This document shows positions 13,756 to 20,980 of a stretch of DNA of 32,000 nt, piece after piece. Made by a program: the position numbers and the translations under genes. Numbering within the stretch: the stretch's first letter is position 1; every line of letters starts with the position of its first letter. The notes beneath the pieces were generated by a model. The model worked only from the letters and a program-made list of their open reading frames with translations. It did no database searches and was not told where the DNA came from. This stretch comes from a virus: positions 10,274 through 42,273 of the IMG/VR virus record IMGVR_UViG_3300045988_137512, one strand, 5' to 3'.

Positions 13756-13780
13756 AAATAAAAGACCGTATTTAACGGCC
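13756..13780 (-). terminator. Intrinsic terminator upstream of the holin
   Basis: Minus strand GGCCGT-TAAAT-ACGGTC followed by TTTTATTTTG. Confidence 0.5.
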
Positions 13781-14254
13781 TTATTGATACATATTAAACA
13801 TGTCTCGTATATGTGTCTTAATCATTGTTTTTTCTTCATCTGAATCAACGCATCCATGAATCATAGTTACGATTTGTTGCATACATTTCATAGTCTTATC
13901 TAATTCACGATGAGACTTTTCCAAATCCATCTCACCTTTTGTACGCTTATATTCTTCTTTGAACGCTTTATATTTTTTCAAATGTTCTGCAAGCTTATAA
14001 ACAATATCTTCTGTTTCTGGATCATGAATATTATATCCATCATTATCTTCTTTTAATCTTGCAACAGTTGAAACTCCATCTTTTCCTATCTCAATTTGAT
14101 ATTTATTTCTCATTGCTTCTATAGTTTCAATGTCTTTGATATTATCTAAAGCTTGAGATAATGCATGGAAATAAGATTCTGCATATCCATATTTCTCTAA
14201 CATGTTTACTGACTCATGCATTATCTTCTCATTAACTTCCATTGCTTTATGCAT
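13781..14254 (-). CDS. Hypothetical helical protein (157 aa from MHKAMEV...)
   Basis: TAGGTGA ribosome-binding site before the ATG at 14252-14254. The start of the longest ORF is a GTG abutting the upstream stop. Confidence 0.55.
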   Translation of the reverse strand: MHKAMEVNEKIMHESVNMLEKYGYAESYFHALSQALDNIKDIETIEAMRNKYQIEIGKDGVSTVARLKEDNDGYNIHDPETEDIVYKLAEHLKKYKAFKEEYKRTKGEMDLEKSHRELDKTMKCMQQIVTMIHGCVDSDEEKTMIKTHIRDMFNMYQ

Positions 14255-14263
14255 ATATTTCAC

Positions 14264-14683
14264 CTACGCAATCTTTTTAATGATAATGTTTGCATTTTGA
14301 ACAGATAGATCTAAACCACTGTCATTTGCTAATGCAATTGTATAAGATGCACCACATGGAACTTGAATTAAAGTGTCTCCACTCACATTTCCGTATGCAC
14401 TTGCAGTTGCAACAGTATAAATAGATTGTGTTCCACCAATTGCTTCTCCGTTTAGTTCAAGCACTAGAGAAGCTTGTCCTGCCGCTGCACTCGTAATGTC
14501 CGCAGTATAAGTTACTTCATAGATACCTTGCTTTGTTAGTGTAAACAATCCGCTTCCTAGATCGTGTGCCAACCATCCTTTACATGGACACTGGCATGAT
14601 TTTGATCTTACACGATCTGTAGGAAACAAAACATTATTTGAATTATCGACTGTCTGAACAGCCGTAGCAATACTATTAATCAT
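14264..14683 (-). CDS. Stand-alone BclA-C-terminal/C1q-TNF-like jelly-roll domain protein
   Basis: GIYEVTYTADITSAAAGQASLVLELNGEAIGGTQSIYTV...YTIALANDSGLDLSVQNANIIIKKI resembles the BclA_C pattern. AGGAGG ribosome-binding site. Preceded by a terminator. Confidence 0.5.
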   Translation of the reverse strand: MINSIATAVQTVDNSNNVLFPTDRVRSKSCQCPCKGWLAHDLGSGLFTLTKQGIYEVTYTADITSAAAGQASLVLELNGEAIGGTQSIYTVATASAYGNVSGDTLIQVPCGASYTIALANDSGLDLSVQNANIIIKKIA

Positions 14684-14699
14684 TTCTTTTATCCTCCTA

Positions 14700-14729
14700 T
14701 TAAAATAGGGATAGCCTTTCGACTATCCC
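14700..14729 (-). terminator. Intrinsic terminator after the Q/N-rich cassette
   Basis: GGGATAG-(8 nt)-CTATCCC followed by TATTTTAAT on the minus strand. Confidence 0.55.
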
Positions 14730-14770
14730 ATTAAATCCAAAGGCAATCGCCTAATCACATATGTGCTAGA

Positions 14771-15394
14771 TTATAAGTTGTTGTAGCCATTACATCCACA
14801 TCCGTTGTTATAAGCGTAATATGGTGAACATGTAATGTAAGCTGGTTTTGGTGTTGGTTGCAAAGTATTAATGATGTTTGCTGATTGTGCCTGTTGACTT
14901 AATTGGAAATTAGCCGTCAATAATTCACGATCACGATCAGCTAAACGATCACGTAATTCTTGCATAGTGTTTGCATTGATCAACGCACGTGTTGCTTCAC
15001 CTTCTGAATGAATTGCTGTTGTAATGTCACAAGTGTTTTTGAAACTTTGAGCATTTACATTGTCAATTGCTCGTTGAGTGTTGCAGCAACATTCTTGTTG
15101 CTGAGCTTGCAAGTTTTGAAGTCCTAACTGATTAGTATAGCGACTTTCTAGTACGTCTCGTTGAGTTTGACAACCTGTTTGAGATACATTTGTGTTTGTG
15201 TTAAAAATATCTCGTTTAATGAATTCTTCATTTAACAAAGAATCATTTGTTAGGTTTCCGTTGCCATATCCTCCATATCCAAATAACACGAAGATTAGCA
15301 AGATCCAAATCCACCAACCTCCACCGTTCCCAAAGCCGTCATCTCTTTCAGCTAAGTTGTAAGTTGGTTGAATTCCCATTCCGTTTTCCATCAT
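14771..15394 (-). CDS. Membrane-anchored Cys- and Gln-rich protein (207 aa), YjcZ-like Gly/aromatic N-terminal TM
   Basis: GNGGGWWIWILLIFVLFGYGGYGNG TM segment, an ECCCNTQRAIDNV...TCDITTAIHSEGEATRALINANTMQELRDRL core, and a Cys-rich tail CSPYYAYNNGCGCNGYNNL. Confidence 0.6.
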   Translation of the reverse strand: MMENGMGIQPTYNLAERDDGFGNGGGWWIWILLIFVLFGYGGYGNGNLTNDSLLNEEFIKRDIFNTNTNVSQTGCQTQRDVLESRYTNQLGLQNLQAQQQECCCNTQRAIDNVNAQSFKNTCDITTAIHSEGEATRALINANTMQELRDRLADRDRELLTANFQLSQQAQSANIINTLQPTPKPAYITCSPYYAYNNGCGCNGYNNL

Positions 15395-15435
15395 ATATGT
15401 TCTCCTTTCTTTCTATAATAACGGTTTATCCGTTA

Positions 15436-15678
15436 TTACCTAATTCCAAACTGTTTTGCCATTTGTTGCAGTTGTTGCTTTTGTTGTGGATTTAAATTAC
15501 CCATCATCTGATTTAAAATCATTTGTGGATTTTGACCACTGTTCATAAGCATTTGAAATTGTTGAAATGCTTGTGGATTTTTCTGTGACAACATATTCAT
15601 TAACATTTGTTGGGGATTTCCCATATTCATCATATTCATTGGATTCATATTACCCATAATACTTTTTAAAGGATTCAT
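15436..15678 (-). CDS. Met/Asn/Gln/Pro-rich low-complexity protein (80 aa)
   Basis: MNPLKSIMGNMNPMNMMNMGNPQQMLMNMLSQKNPQAFQQFQMLMNSGQNPQMILNQMMGNLNPQQKQQLQQMAKQFGIR. AAAGGAG ribosome-binding site and an ATGA overlap. Confidence 0.6.
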   Translation of the reverse strand: MNPLKSIMGNMNPMNMMNMGNPQQMLMNMLSQKNPQAFQQFQMLMNSGQNPQMILNQMMGNLNPQQKQQLQQMAKQFGIR

Positions 15679-16115
15679 TTTGTTTGTGCTCCTTTCTTTG
15701 GTTGCTCATTAGCTTGTTTTGGTGGTTTGCTTAATGCACATATCAAATCATCTAATTTCTTTTCGATTCCATTTACACGATTTTCAATACTGTTAGAATT
15801 ATCTTCCGTGATTTCTTCAAATTTGAACTTTTTAAATGTTCCATCTAAAGATTTCATATAAAAAATAGATTTATTGTTATCAAATAAAATCGTTGGTAAA
15901 TTTGCATTCGCAAAGTTTCTAGCTTCATTCTCATCATTCACCCATTTTCCATTAAAATCAAAATTACCTTGTTGTTGTGGTGTAATCTGATTATTAATGT
16001 TGATAGGTGGAATATTTGCATACTGTTGTACTTGCTGAATTTGTTGATCTATCATTTGTCTTTGCTGCATCAAACTGTCAATTCGTGCTTGTGCTGGATT
16101 ATAATTGTTATACAT
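15675..16115 (-). CDS. Gln-rich N-terminus plus globular C-terminal domain protein (146 aa from MYNNYN...)
   Basis: AGAGGTGG ribosome-binding site before the ATG at 16113-16115. It is the first gene after the terminator at 16195-16227. Confidence 0.6.
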   Translation of the reverse strand: MYNNYNPAQARIDSLMQQRQMIDQQIQQVQQYANIPPININNQITPQQQGNFDFNGKWVNDENEARNFANANLPTILFDNNKSIFYMKSLDGTFKKFKFEEITEDNSNSIENRVNGIEKKLDDLICALSKPPKQANEQPKKGAQTK

Positions 16116-16194
16116 TTCAACCACCTCTTTACGATTTAATTATATGTTTACGTAATAAATAATTTAATACTCGAATAATACTCATAAAATACCC

Positions 16195-16227
16195 AAAATA
16201 AAATGAGCAACCATTATAGATTGCTCA
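16195..16227 (-). terminator. Intrinsic terminator after the sigma-r4-like gene
   Basis: TGAGCAA-(10 nt)-TTGCTCA followed by TTTTATTTTG on the minus strand. Confidence 0.6.
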
Positions 16228-16447
16228 CATATTTATCGAACATTTTTCTTGCTTTGCATACTCTGTTCCTTATGGTTTGTACTTCCATATGTAATGCATC
16301 TGCAATTTCCGTGCATGACATATCATACACGTATCTCATAATCAAAACCTGTTCATATTTCTTTCTTAATCCAACAGATTTGATAAGTATTAATGCATCA
16401 TTAGGACGTATTTCTTTTAATCTGTTAGCTTTGTTAATATAAACCAC
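16214..16447 (-). CDS. Stand-alone sigma-70 region-4-like HTH protein (77 aa)
   Basis: LRKKYEQVLIMRYVYDMSCTEIADALHMEVQTIRNRVCKARKMF matches the region 4.2 pattern. It has a GTG start with only a weak AAGG ribosome-binding site, so the start is uncertain. Confidence 0.55.
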   Translation of the reverse strand: MVYINKANRLKEIRPNDALILIKSVGLRKKYEQVLIMRYVYDMSCTEIADALHMEVQTIRNRVCKARKMFDKYVSNL

Positions 16448-16455
16448 CGCCTTAA

Positions 16456-16689
16456 TTAAATTCGTTGGTTTGAATTAGCTTCGCAAGAACAATTATTCAC
16501 ATGATCATCTTTCCAATAACCACGACAAACAATAGTAGAATAAAGAACAATAATCACTAAAACCAATACTGTAATAATCGTTCTACTTGTTTTATAGTTT
16601 CGATCAATTAATTTTGAACAAAAACCATAAATGTTATCTACTTTTTCTTCTACATTCTGAAGTTTCTTGTTTGCATCTTTAATATCCAT
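16456..16689 (-). CDS. Single-TM membrane protein (77 aa)
   Basis: TM segment TIITVLVLVIIVLYSTIV. Overlaps the upstream gene by 11 nt. Confidence 0.55.
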   Translation of the reverse strand: MDIKDANKKLQNVEEKVDNIYGFCSKLIDRNYKTSRTIITVLVLVIIVLYSTIVCRGYWKDDHVNNCSCEANSNQRI

Positions 16690-16972
16690 TTTTATTACGT
16701 TCCTCCAACGCTTCTACACGATTAAACAAAGTTTTTATTTGTTGTTTTAGTTCTGAAAGCTCCACTTCCATTGAATTGCTTCCTTTTTTAATTTCTGAAA
16801 TTGAATCCTTTATATCATTTAAATCCGATTTGATATGTTCCAATTCATTCTTCAAAAATGCCATATTGGATATTTGCTCTCCATCCATCTTGCGTGTGCC
16901 ACGATTATACGTAATAAATGCAATTACAAGCATGCATGCAGAAATAATAACACTAAGATATTCACCACTCAT
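16679..16972 (-). CDS. N-terminally anchored coiled-coil membrane protein (XhlA-like position, possible lysis accessory)
   Basis: TM segment LSVIISACMLVIAFI, then heptad-like LKNELEHIKSDLNDIKDSISEIKK...LKQQIKTLFNRVEALEER. It follows XkdX, as xhlA does in PBSX. The topology differs from XhlA. Confidence 0.4.
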   Translation of the reverse strand: MSGEYLSVIISACMLVIAFITYNRGTRKMDGEQISNMAFLKNELEHIKSDLNDIKDSISEIKKGSNSMEVELSELKQQIKTLFNRVEALEERNKNGY

Positions 16973-16983
16973 AGAAACACCAT

Positions 16984-17106
16984 CTATTTATTAATGATAG
17001 AATCTTTTTGTTCTACACTAATCCATCCAATAGAAGCAAAGATATCTAAATCATTCTTTGTAAATAAGCCTAATTCATAATACGATTTGATTAATTCATA
17101 ACTCAT
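16984..17106 (-). CDS. XkdX-family small phage protein (40 aa), not in the ORF track
   Basis: MSYELIKSYYELGLFTKNDLDIFASIGWISVEQKDSIINK matches the XkdX pattern (YY..GL.T..D...F...G.I..E). Confidence 0.7.
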   Translation of the reverse strand: MSYELIKSYYELGLFTKNDLDIFASIGWISVEQKDSIINK

Positions 17107-17107
17107 A

Positions 17108-17455
17108 CTATTTCACCCCATTCAATTGAGCTTTTAATTGAGCAATCTGTAACATTAATTGTGCATTAATCTTCTCTTGCTCAGTCGGTACTGCTTTTGG
17201 CTCTTCAATTTTAGGTTTGTCTGCTTCTGCAACCTCAATCACTTTACCTTCTACATATTTGTAGTTATATCTACCTTGTTCATCAATTAATCCTTTTTCT
17301 AGATATTGACTTTGTGCGTGTGCATATTTACCGCCTTGACCTTGGTCAATCTCTGTCATTGTTTGAATTTCTTCTTGTGATAAGAAAATATTTGAATTAA
17401 TAGATGTGATGTATCCATCTAATAAGGATACGTATACTTTATATTCGTTTTCCAT
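17108..17455 (-). CDS. Tail-fibre-associated protein (XkdW-like position)
   Basis: AGGAGGAG ribosome-binding site. Lies between the tail fibre and XkdX. Confidence 0.5.
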   Translation of the reverse strand: MENEYKVYVSLLDGYITSINSNIFLSQEEIQTMTEIDQGQGGKYAHAQSQYLEKGLIDEQGRYNYKYVEGKVIEVAEADKPKIEEPKAVPTEQEKINAQLMLQIAQLKAQLNGVK

Positions 17456-17463
17456 AGCTCCTC

Positions 17464-18342
17464 CTAATAGATTTCTGCGTCAATAGCTAAATCATAAGCA
17501 TTAAAGCTTCCTACTAAGTCGTTAATACCGGATGGGTTGCATAAAAAAGAAATAAATAACTTTGAATTATCATTTCCAATAGCTTCTATACTTTTCATTA
17601 CGACAGATTTGTATTCTCTCGTGAATACAACTTTAGTTACGTCCCCCACGATAGTAAAAGGCTTTCTAAAGTCAATGTTTTCGATATATGTATAAACATG
17701 GTTGTCTCTGCATACTCCAATAAGTCTATCCGTTGATAATCTTTTATAGTATCTACGGCACTTCACTAATTCATCTGCCGGATTTGGTGCAATAAATTCC
17801 GTAGCTACTTTGCCTTGCTCCAATTTCACCCATTTAAGAGTTATGCTAGTTCCTTGATTCAAAAAGATTGTAAATGTTTTTGTACTCTTATTTGTATGTA
17901 CAACATTTAATCCTTGTTTCAATACAACTTGTGAGTCATCATCTGCAACCATAGTTATCGTTCCACTTACTGATGTAACGTAGCATGATAATGTAGAATC
18001 ACCTTCTGTTGCATTCTCTAAAGGTTGGATAAATGTTCCGGTATCTGTGTATTTGTCATTCTTTACAGTGATTCCTCCGCTTGTGCTTGGTGTTACTGTT
18101 ACATTCCAAATTTTCCAACGGTCTACTGAATAGCCTTGTTGTTCGTAGCTTGCAGCACCTCTTTGATTGATTTTAAAATCCGGATTAATCAATAGATTCG
18201 GATTACTGAATTTATTTCCTAAATAATATGCTAGTTGCGATAATAGTCCTTTTTTCAATCCTGTGCCATTATGCACAGGCAATAAGCTATTATCAGTGAA
18301 ACTAGGTAATGCGTCTAATTCTGTTACTTGTTTTCCTTTCAT
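17464..18342 (-). CDS. Tail fibre/receptor-binding protein 2
   Basis: AAGGAGGAA ribosome-binding site. The N-terminus ...LLINPDFKINQRG...GYSVDRWK is typical of Firmicute phage fibre proteins. Confidence 0.6.
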   Translation of the reverse strand: MKGKQVTELDALPSFTDNSLLPVHNGTGLKKGLLSQLAYYLGNKFSNPNLLINPDFKINQRGAASYEQQGYSVDRWKIWNVTVTPSTSGGITVKNDKYTDTGTFIQPLENATEGDSTLSCYVTSVSGTITMVADDDSQVVLKQGLNVVHTNKSTKTFTIFLNQGTSITLKWVKLEQGKVATEFIAPNPADELVKCRRYYKRLSTDRLIGVCRDNHVYTYIENIDFRKPFTIVGDVTKVVFTREYKSVVMKSIEAIGNDNSKLFISFLCNPSGINDLVGSFNAYDLAIDAEIY

Positions 18343-18360
18343 GCTATTCCTCCTTGACTT

Positions 18361-18507
18361 TTATTCTGCAAAATTTATCAACTCTTGATATTCTGCTTTA
18401 GTGATTTTATTTTTCTTATAAGCTTGCTCAACCAAGAATAGATATGATTCTTTACTATACTTACCTTCAATAACTCTTTTCTTCTGATTGCTCAAGATTC
18501 TGTGCAT
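18361..18507 (-). CDS. Small XkdX-like protein (48 aa from MHRILSN...)
   Basis: GGAGGAAA ribosome-binding site 6 nt upstream of the ATG at 18505-18507. C-terminus is YKKNKITKAEYQELI. It overlaps the upstream ORF by 41 nt. Confidence 0.5.
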   Translation of the reverse strand: MHRILSNQKKRVIEGKYSKESYLFLVEQAYKKNKITKAEYQELINFAE

Positions 18508-18679
18508 AATCGGTTTCCTCCGTTTCTTCCTCGGGTAATTCAATACCTACCATACAGGCTACATACTGAGTGATGAATTTCTGATTCTCTAATTCATCTA
18601 CATTATTTTGAATTTGGCAAGCTTGATACTCTTCTTGAGCTTGTCTTTCAATTGATGCTTCTAGTTGTTTGATTTTCAT
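18467..18679 (-). CDS. Small acidic fibre-associated protein (70 aa)
   Basis: ORF following receptor-binding protein 1, with a GAAAGGAA ribosome-binding site. Confidence 0.5.
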   Translation of the reverse strand: MKIKQLEASIERQAQEEYQACQIQNNVDELENQKFITQYVACMVGIELPEEETEETDYAQNLEQSEEKSY

Positions 18680-18693
18680 TTAATAGTTCCTTT

Positions 18694-19878
18694 CTATGCG
18701 ATACAAACAAGTGGGGCGAACGTAGTCGCAGTGGAAGCGGCGTAGTTGCCGACATTGCCACTAGCGCCCACACTCCACGCATGACAAGCATAGCCTTGGT
18801 TGGCTGAACGCAAACGGACGTACTGAGGTGATGCTTTATTTGCAACGGAATACTCAACCATATTTGGATAATCTGTCCACCATTCGCAAGGTTTTGTACG
18901 TCCGCTTCTTCTTTTCCAATATGTGTGAACATCACCTTCACCACTAGTTTGTGGTTTAATGAACATCTGAGATAGTGAAGGTAACGTAACATAATCATAT
19001 GTAATATCCTCAGCACCTTCATCATTAACAGTATTAGCATAAGTAACGACCTTCACTTTTTTTAAACAATTTAGCATTTCCTCAGGCATACCACAAAGGA
19101 ATCCGTCTTTAGAAGCTAATTGGTCAGGACAAATATCCCATTGATCCTGAGGTGTCCACCACTGTCCTTTTGGCTTACTTGAGTTTAGCCATTGTCGTAA
19201 CGCAGATGTTTTCCAACGATTCCATCCATATGCCAATTCTTGTACTGAGTTTAAATTTCCACTTCTTCTGTCATATGGGATTGTTCCTAGATTTGTTCCA
19301 CCACTACCAACAGTAACATTTACCGTCTCATTTAATGTAATTCCATCTTTACCATATGAATAAACTTTCCAATTAGATGGTGCTTGGTTGGGTGCTCCAT
19401 AGCATCCAGCTAATCTACCGCCTTTTTCTACAGGCTTTGTCAATGTAAATTGGTAATTGATTCCTGGCTTAACATTGTTATCCCATGCCTTAGCAAAATC
19501 GAAATTGTAAGTGCCAGCACTAAGTCCATCAGGACACGCTAGAAACGCTCTCTGATGCGAAAATTGAATACCAAAAGGCAAAGTATAGTGCGTTTGTAAC
19601 CACATTCCAGGGACTACTTCTCCGTCCTCTAAAGTCATATCTTCAAAGTGGTTTACTTGCCAAGGTATATCGTATTCCTTTGGCTCTGCGGTATCTTTCC
19701 ATTTTTCGATTAATTGCGTACCAATTGCGAACGCTTTTTCTCCTGCTCCATCTGCAACGATTGCTTGAACGCTACTCCAATCCATGTTGGAATGAGCAAT
19801 ATTTGTCTGTGCAATAACAGATAAAGCTTTTGCAATTTCTTGTCCTGTATCATCTGTCATCAATTTAATTTGTGCCAT
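18694..19878 (-). CDS. Tail fibre/receptor-binding protein 1 with a lectin-like C-terminal tip
   Basis: AGGAGG ribosome-binding site. SALRQWLNS and ...YVRLRSANQGYACHAWSVGASGNVGNYAASTATTFAPLVCIA motifs. The 3' end is compositionally atypical. Confidence 0.6.
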   Translation of the reverse strand: MAQIKLMTDDTGQEIAKALSVIAQTNIAHSNMDWSSVQAIVADGAGEKAFAIGTQLIEKWKDTAEPKEYDIPWQVNHFEDMTLEDGEVVPGMWLQTHYTLPFGIQFSHQRAFLACPDGLSAGTYNFDFAKAWDNNVKPGINYQFTLTKPVEKGGRLAGCYGAPNQAPSNWKVYSYGKDGITLNETVNVTVGSGGTNLGTIPYDRRSGNLNSVQELAYGWNRWKTSALRQWLNSSKPKGQWWTPQDQWDICPDQLASKDGFLCGMPEEMLNCLKKVKVVTYANTVNDEGAEDITYDYVTLPSLSQMFIKPQTSGEGDVHTYWKRRSGRTKPCEWWTDYPNMVEYSVANKASPQYVRLRSANQGYACHAWSVGASGNVGNYAASTATTFAPLVCIA

Positions 19879-20978
19879 TAATTTACCTCCTGTACGATAT
19901 ATCCTTCTGAATCCACTGATAATCCTAATGAATCAAAGTTATCTTTTAGTTTACCTAAAGTCCCATTTATACCACTTATTTCCGCTTTAATTTGCTCTAA
20001 TTCAGAATCTCCTGTATTATCACTTCCATTGTCTGAATCTCCTATGTTGTCACTGTTTAAATCTTGACTGCCATCAACTTTATATTGCCAATCTGCTTGT
20101 AATGTGTTGTTTTCTTCATCTATTAATTCAAAATCTCTGTCAATTAATAGTGGAGTGTAAAAGTTATTATCAAGTATCATTTCCATGATATTCGAAATCT
20201 GTATTCTTACCGCATTACCTGCTGTTGGATATATTTTTCCATCATATCCAATACGAATGTCTGTTATTTCAGTATTGGCATCAGGCAAGTTTCCTGAGTT
20301 AAATAATTGATCTACTCTAGACTTAAGAACACTTAAATCATTAACTCTAATTCCATATTTTGAAATCAAATCATTTAATTCTTTCACTCCTGAATCCTTG
20401 ATACCATTTATTTTCGTGATACCTGTGTCTCTAGCTTCTTTAATTTGATTTACTGCATTTGTGCATTCTTCTGAAACCAGTAAAAGCATAGTTGCAATCT
20501 CATCTCGTTCATTTTGATCTAATGAAGATGATTTTACATAAATACTTTCAGGGGTAACCACTCTAGCAAGTGTTGTTGCCCAACGTTTTTGAATCACTCC
20601 GTCATCATCTACAATCACCGCACTAACCACGAAATAAAGATCTCCTTTATTCTTTAGCGCATTATTGGGAACAACCCAAGAGAATTCACATGTGTCATAG
20701 TAAGTGACCTTATCCACAACCAAAGATGAACCAACAATCCCTTTTGAATCTCTATAGTTTATACGAATGAAAGCATCTTCCATCTTAAATACTTCCGATA
20801 CTACATTCATAACTTTAAATTTTACATATTTAGAATCTTTATCATATTGAACACCAAATACATTTTCAGGATCAGGTATATATATTTCACGTGTCTTTGC
20901 ATCTACAACTAACGTTTCATTACCTACACCTGCATATGTATCTAAATCAAAACTAAGTGTTGCATTTAACTTTGCCAT
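19878..20978 (-). CDS. Baseplate/tail fibre structural protein (366 aa)
   Basis: Position in the tail module, a coiled-coil centre and a D/S/N/G repeat (SDNIGDSDNGSDNTGDSE). Confidence 0.55.
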   Translation of the reverse strand: MAKLNATLSFDLDTYAGVGNETLVVDAKTREIYIPDPENVFGVQYDKDSKYVKFKVMNVVSEVFKMEDAFIRINYRDSKGIVGSSLVVDKVTYYDTCEFSWVVPNNALKNKGDLYFVVSAVIVDDDGVIQKRWATTLARVVTPESIYVKSSSLDQNERDEIATMLLLVSEECTNAVNQIKEARDTGITKINGIKDSGVKELNDLISKYGIRVNDLSVLKSRVDQLFNSGNLPDANTEITDIRIGYDGKIYPTAGNAVRIQISNIMEMILDNNFYTPLLIDRDFELIDEENNTLQADWQYKVDGSQDLNSDNIGDSDNGSDNTGDSELEQIKAEISGINGTLGKLKDNFDSLGLSVDSEGYIVQEVN

Positions 20979-20980
20979 TT

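Noticed and set aside
18648-19040. 130-aa alternative-frame ORF overlapping the receptor-binding gene. Similar same-strand overlapping ORFs occur at 4373-4597, 5206-5421, 13136-13333, 23579-23770 and 23921-24145.
   Set aside because: They sit entirely inside longer ORFs with family or positional support, and have no ribosome-binding sites and odd composition. The 18648 ORF stays open only because of the local GC-rich patch.
18694-19878. A complete diversity-generating retroelement at the receptor-binding gene.
   Set aside because: No reverse transcriptase, Avd-like gene or template repeat is detectable in this window. The only shared string with another GC-rich region (TGGGGCGA at about 10597 and about 18712) does not extend into an alignment. 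I kept it only as a compositional anomaly that needs a genome-wide check.
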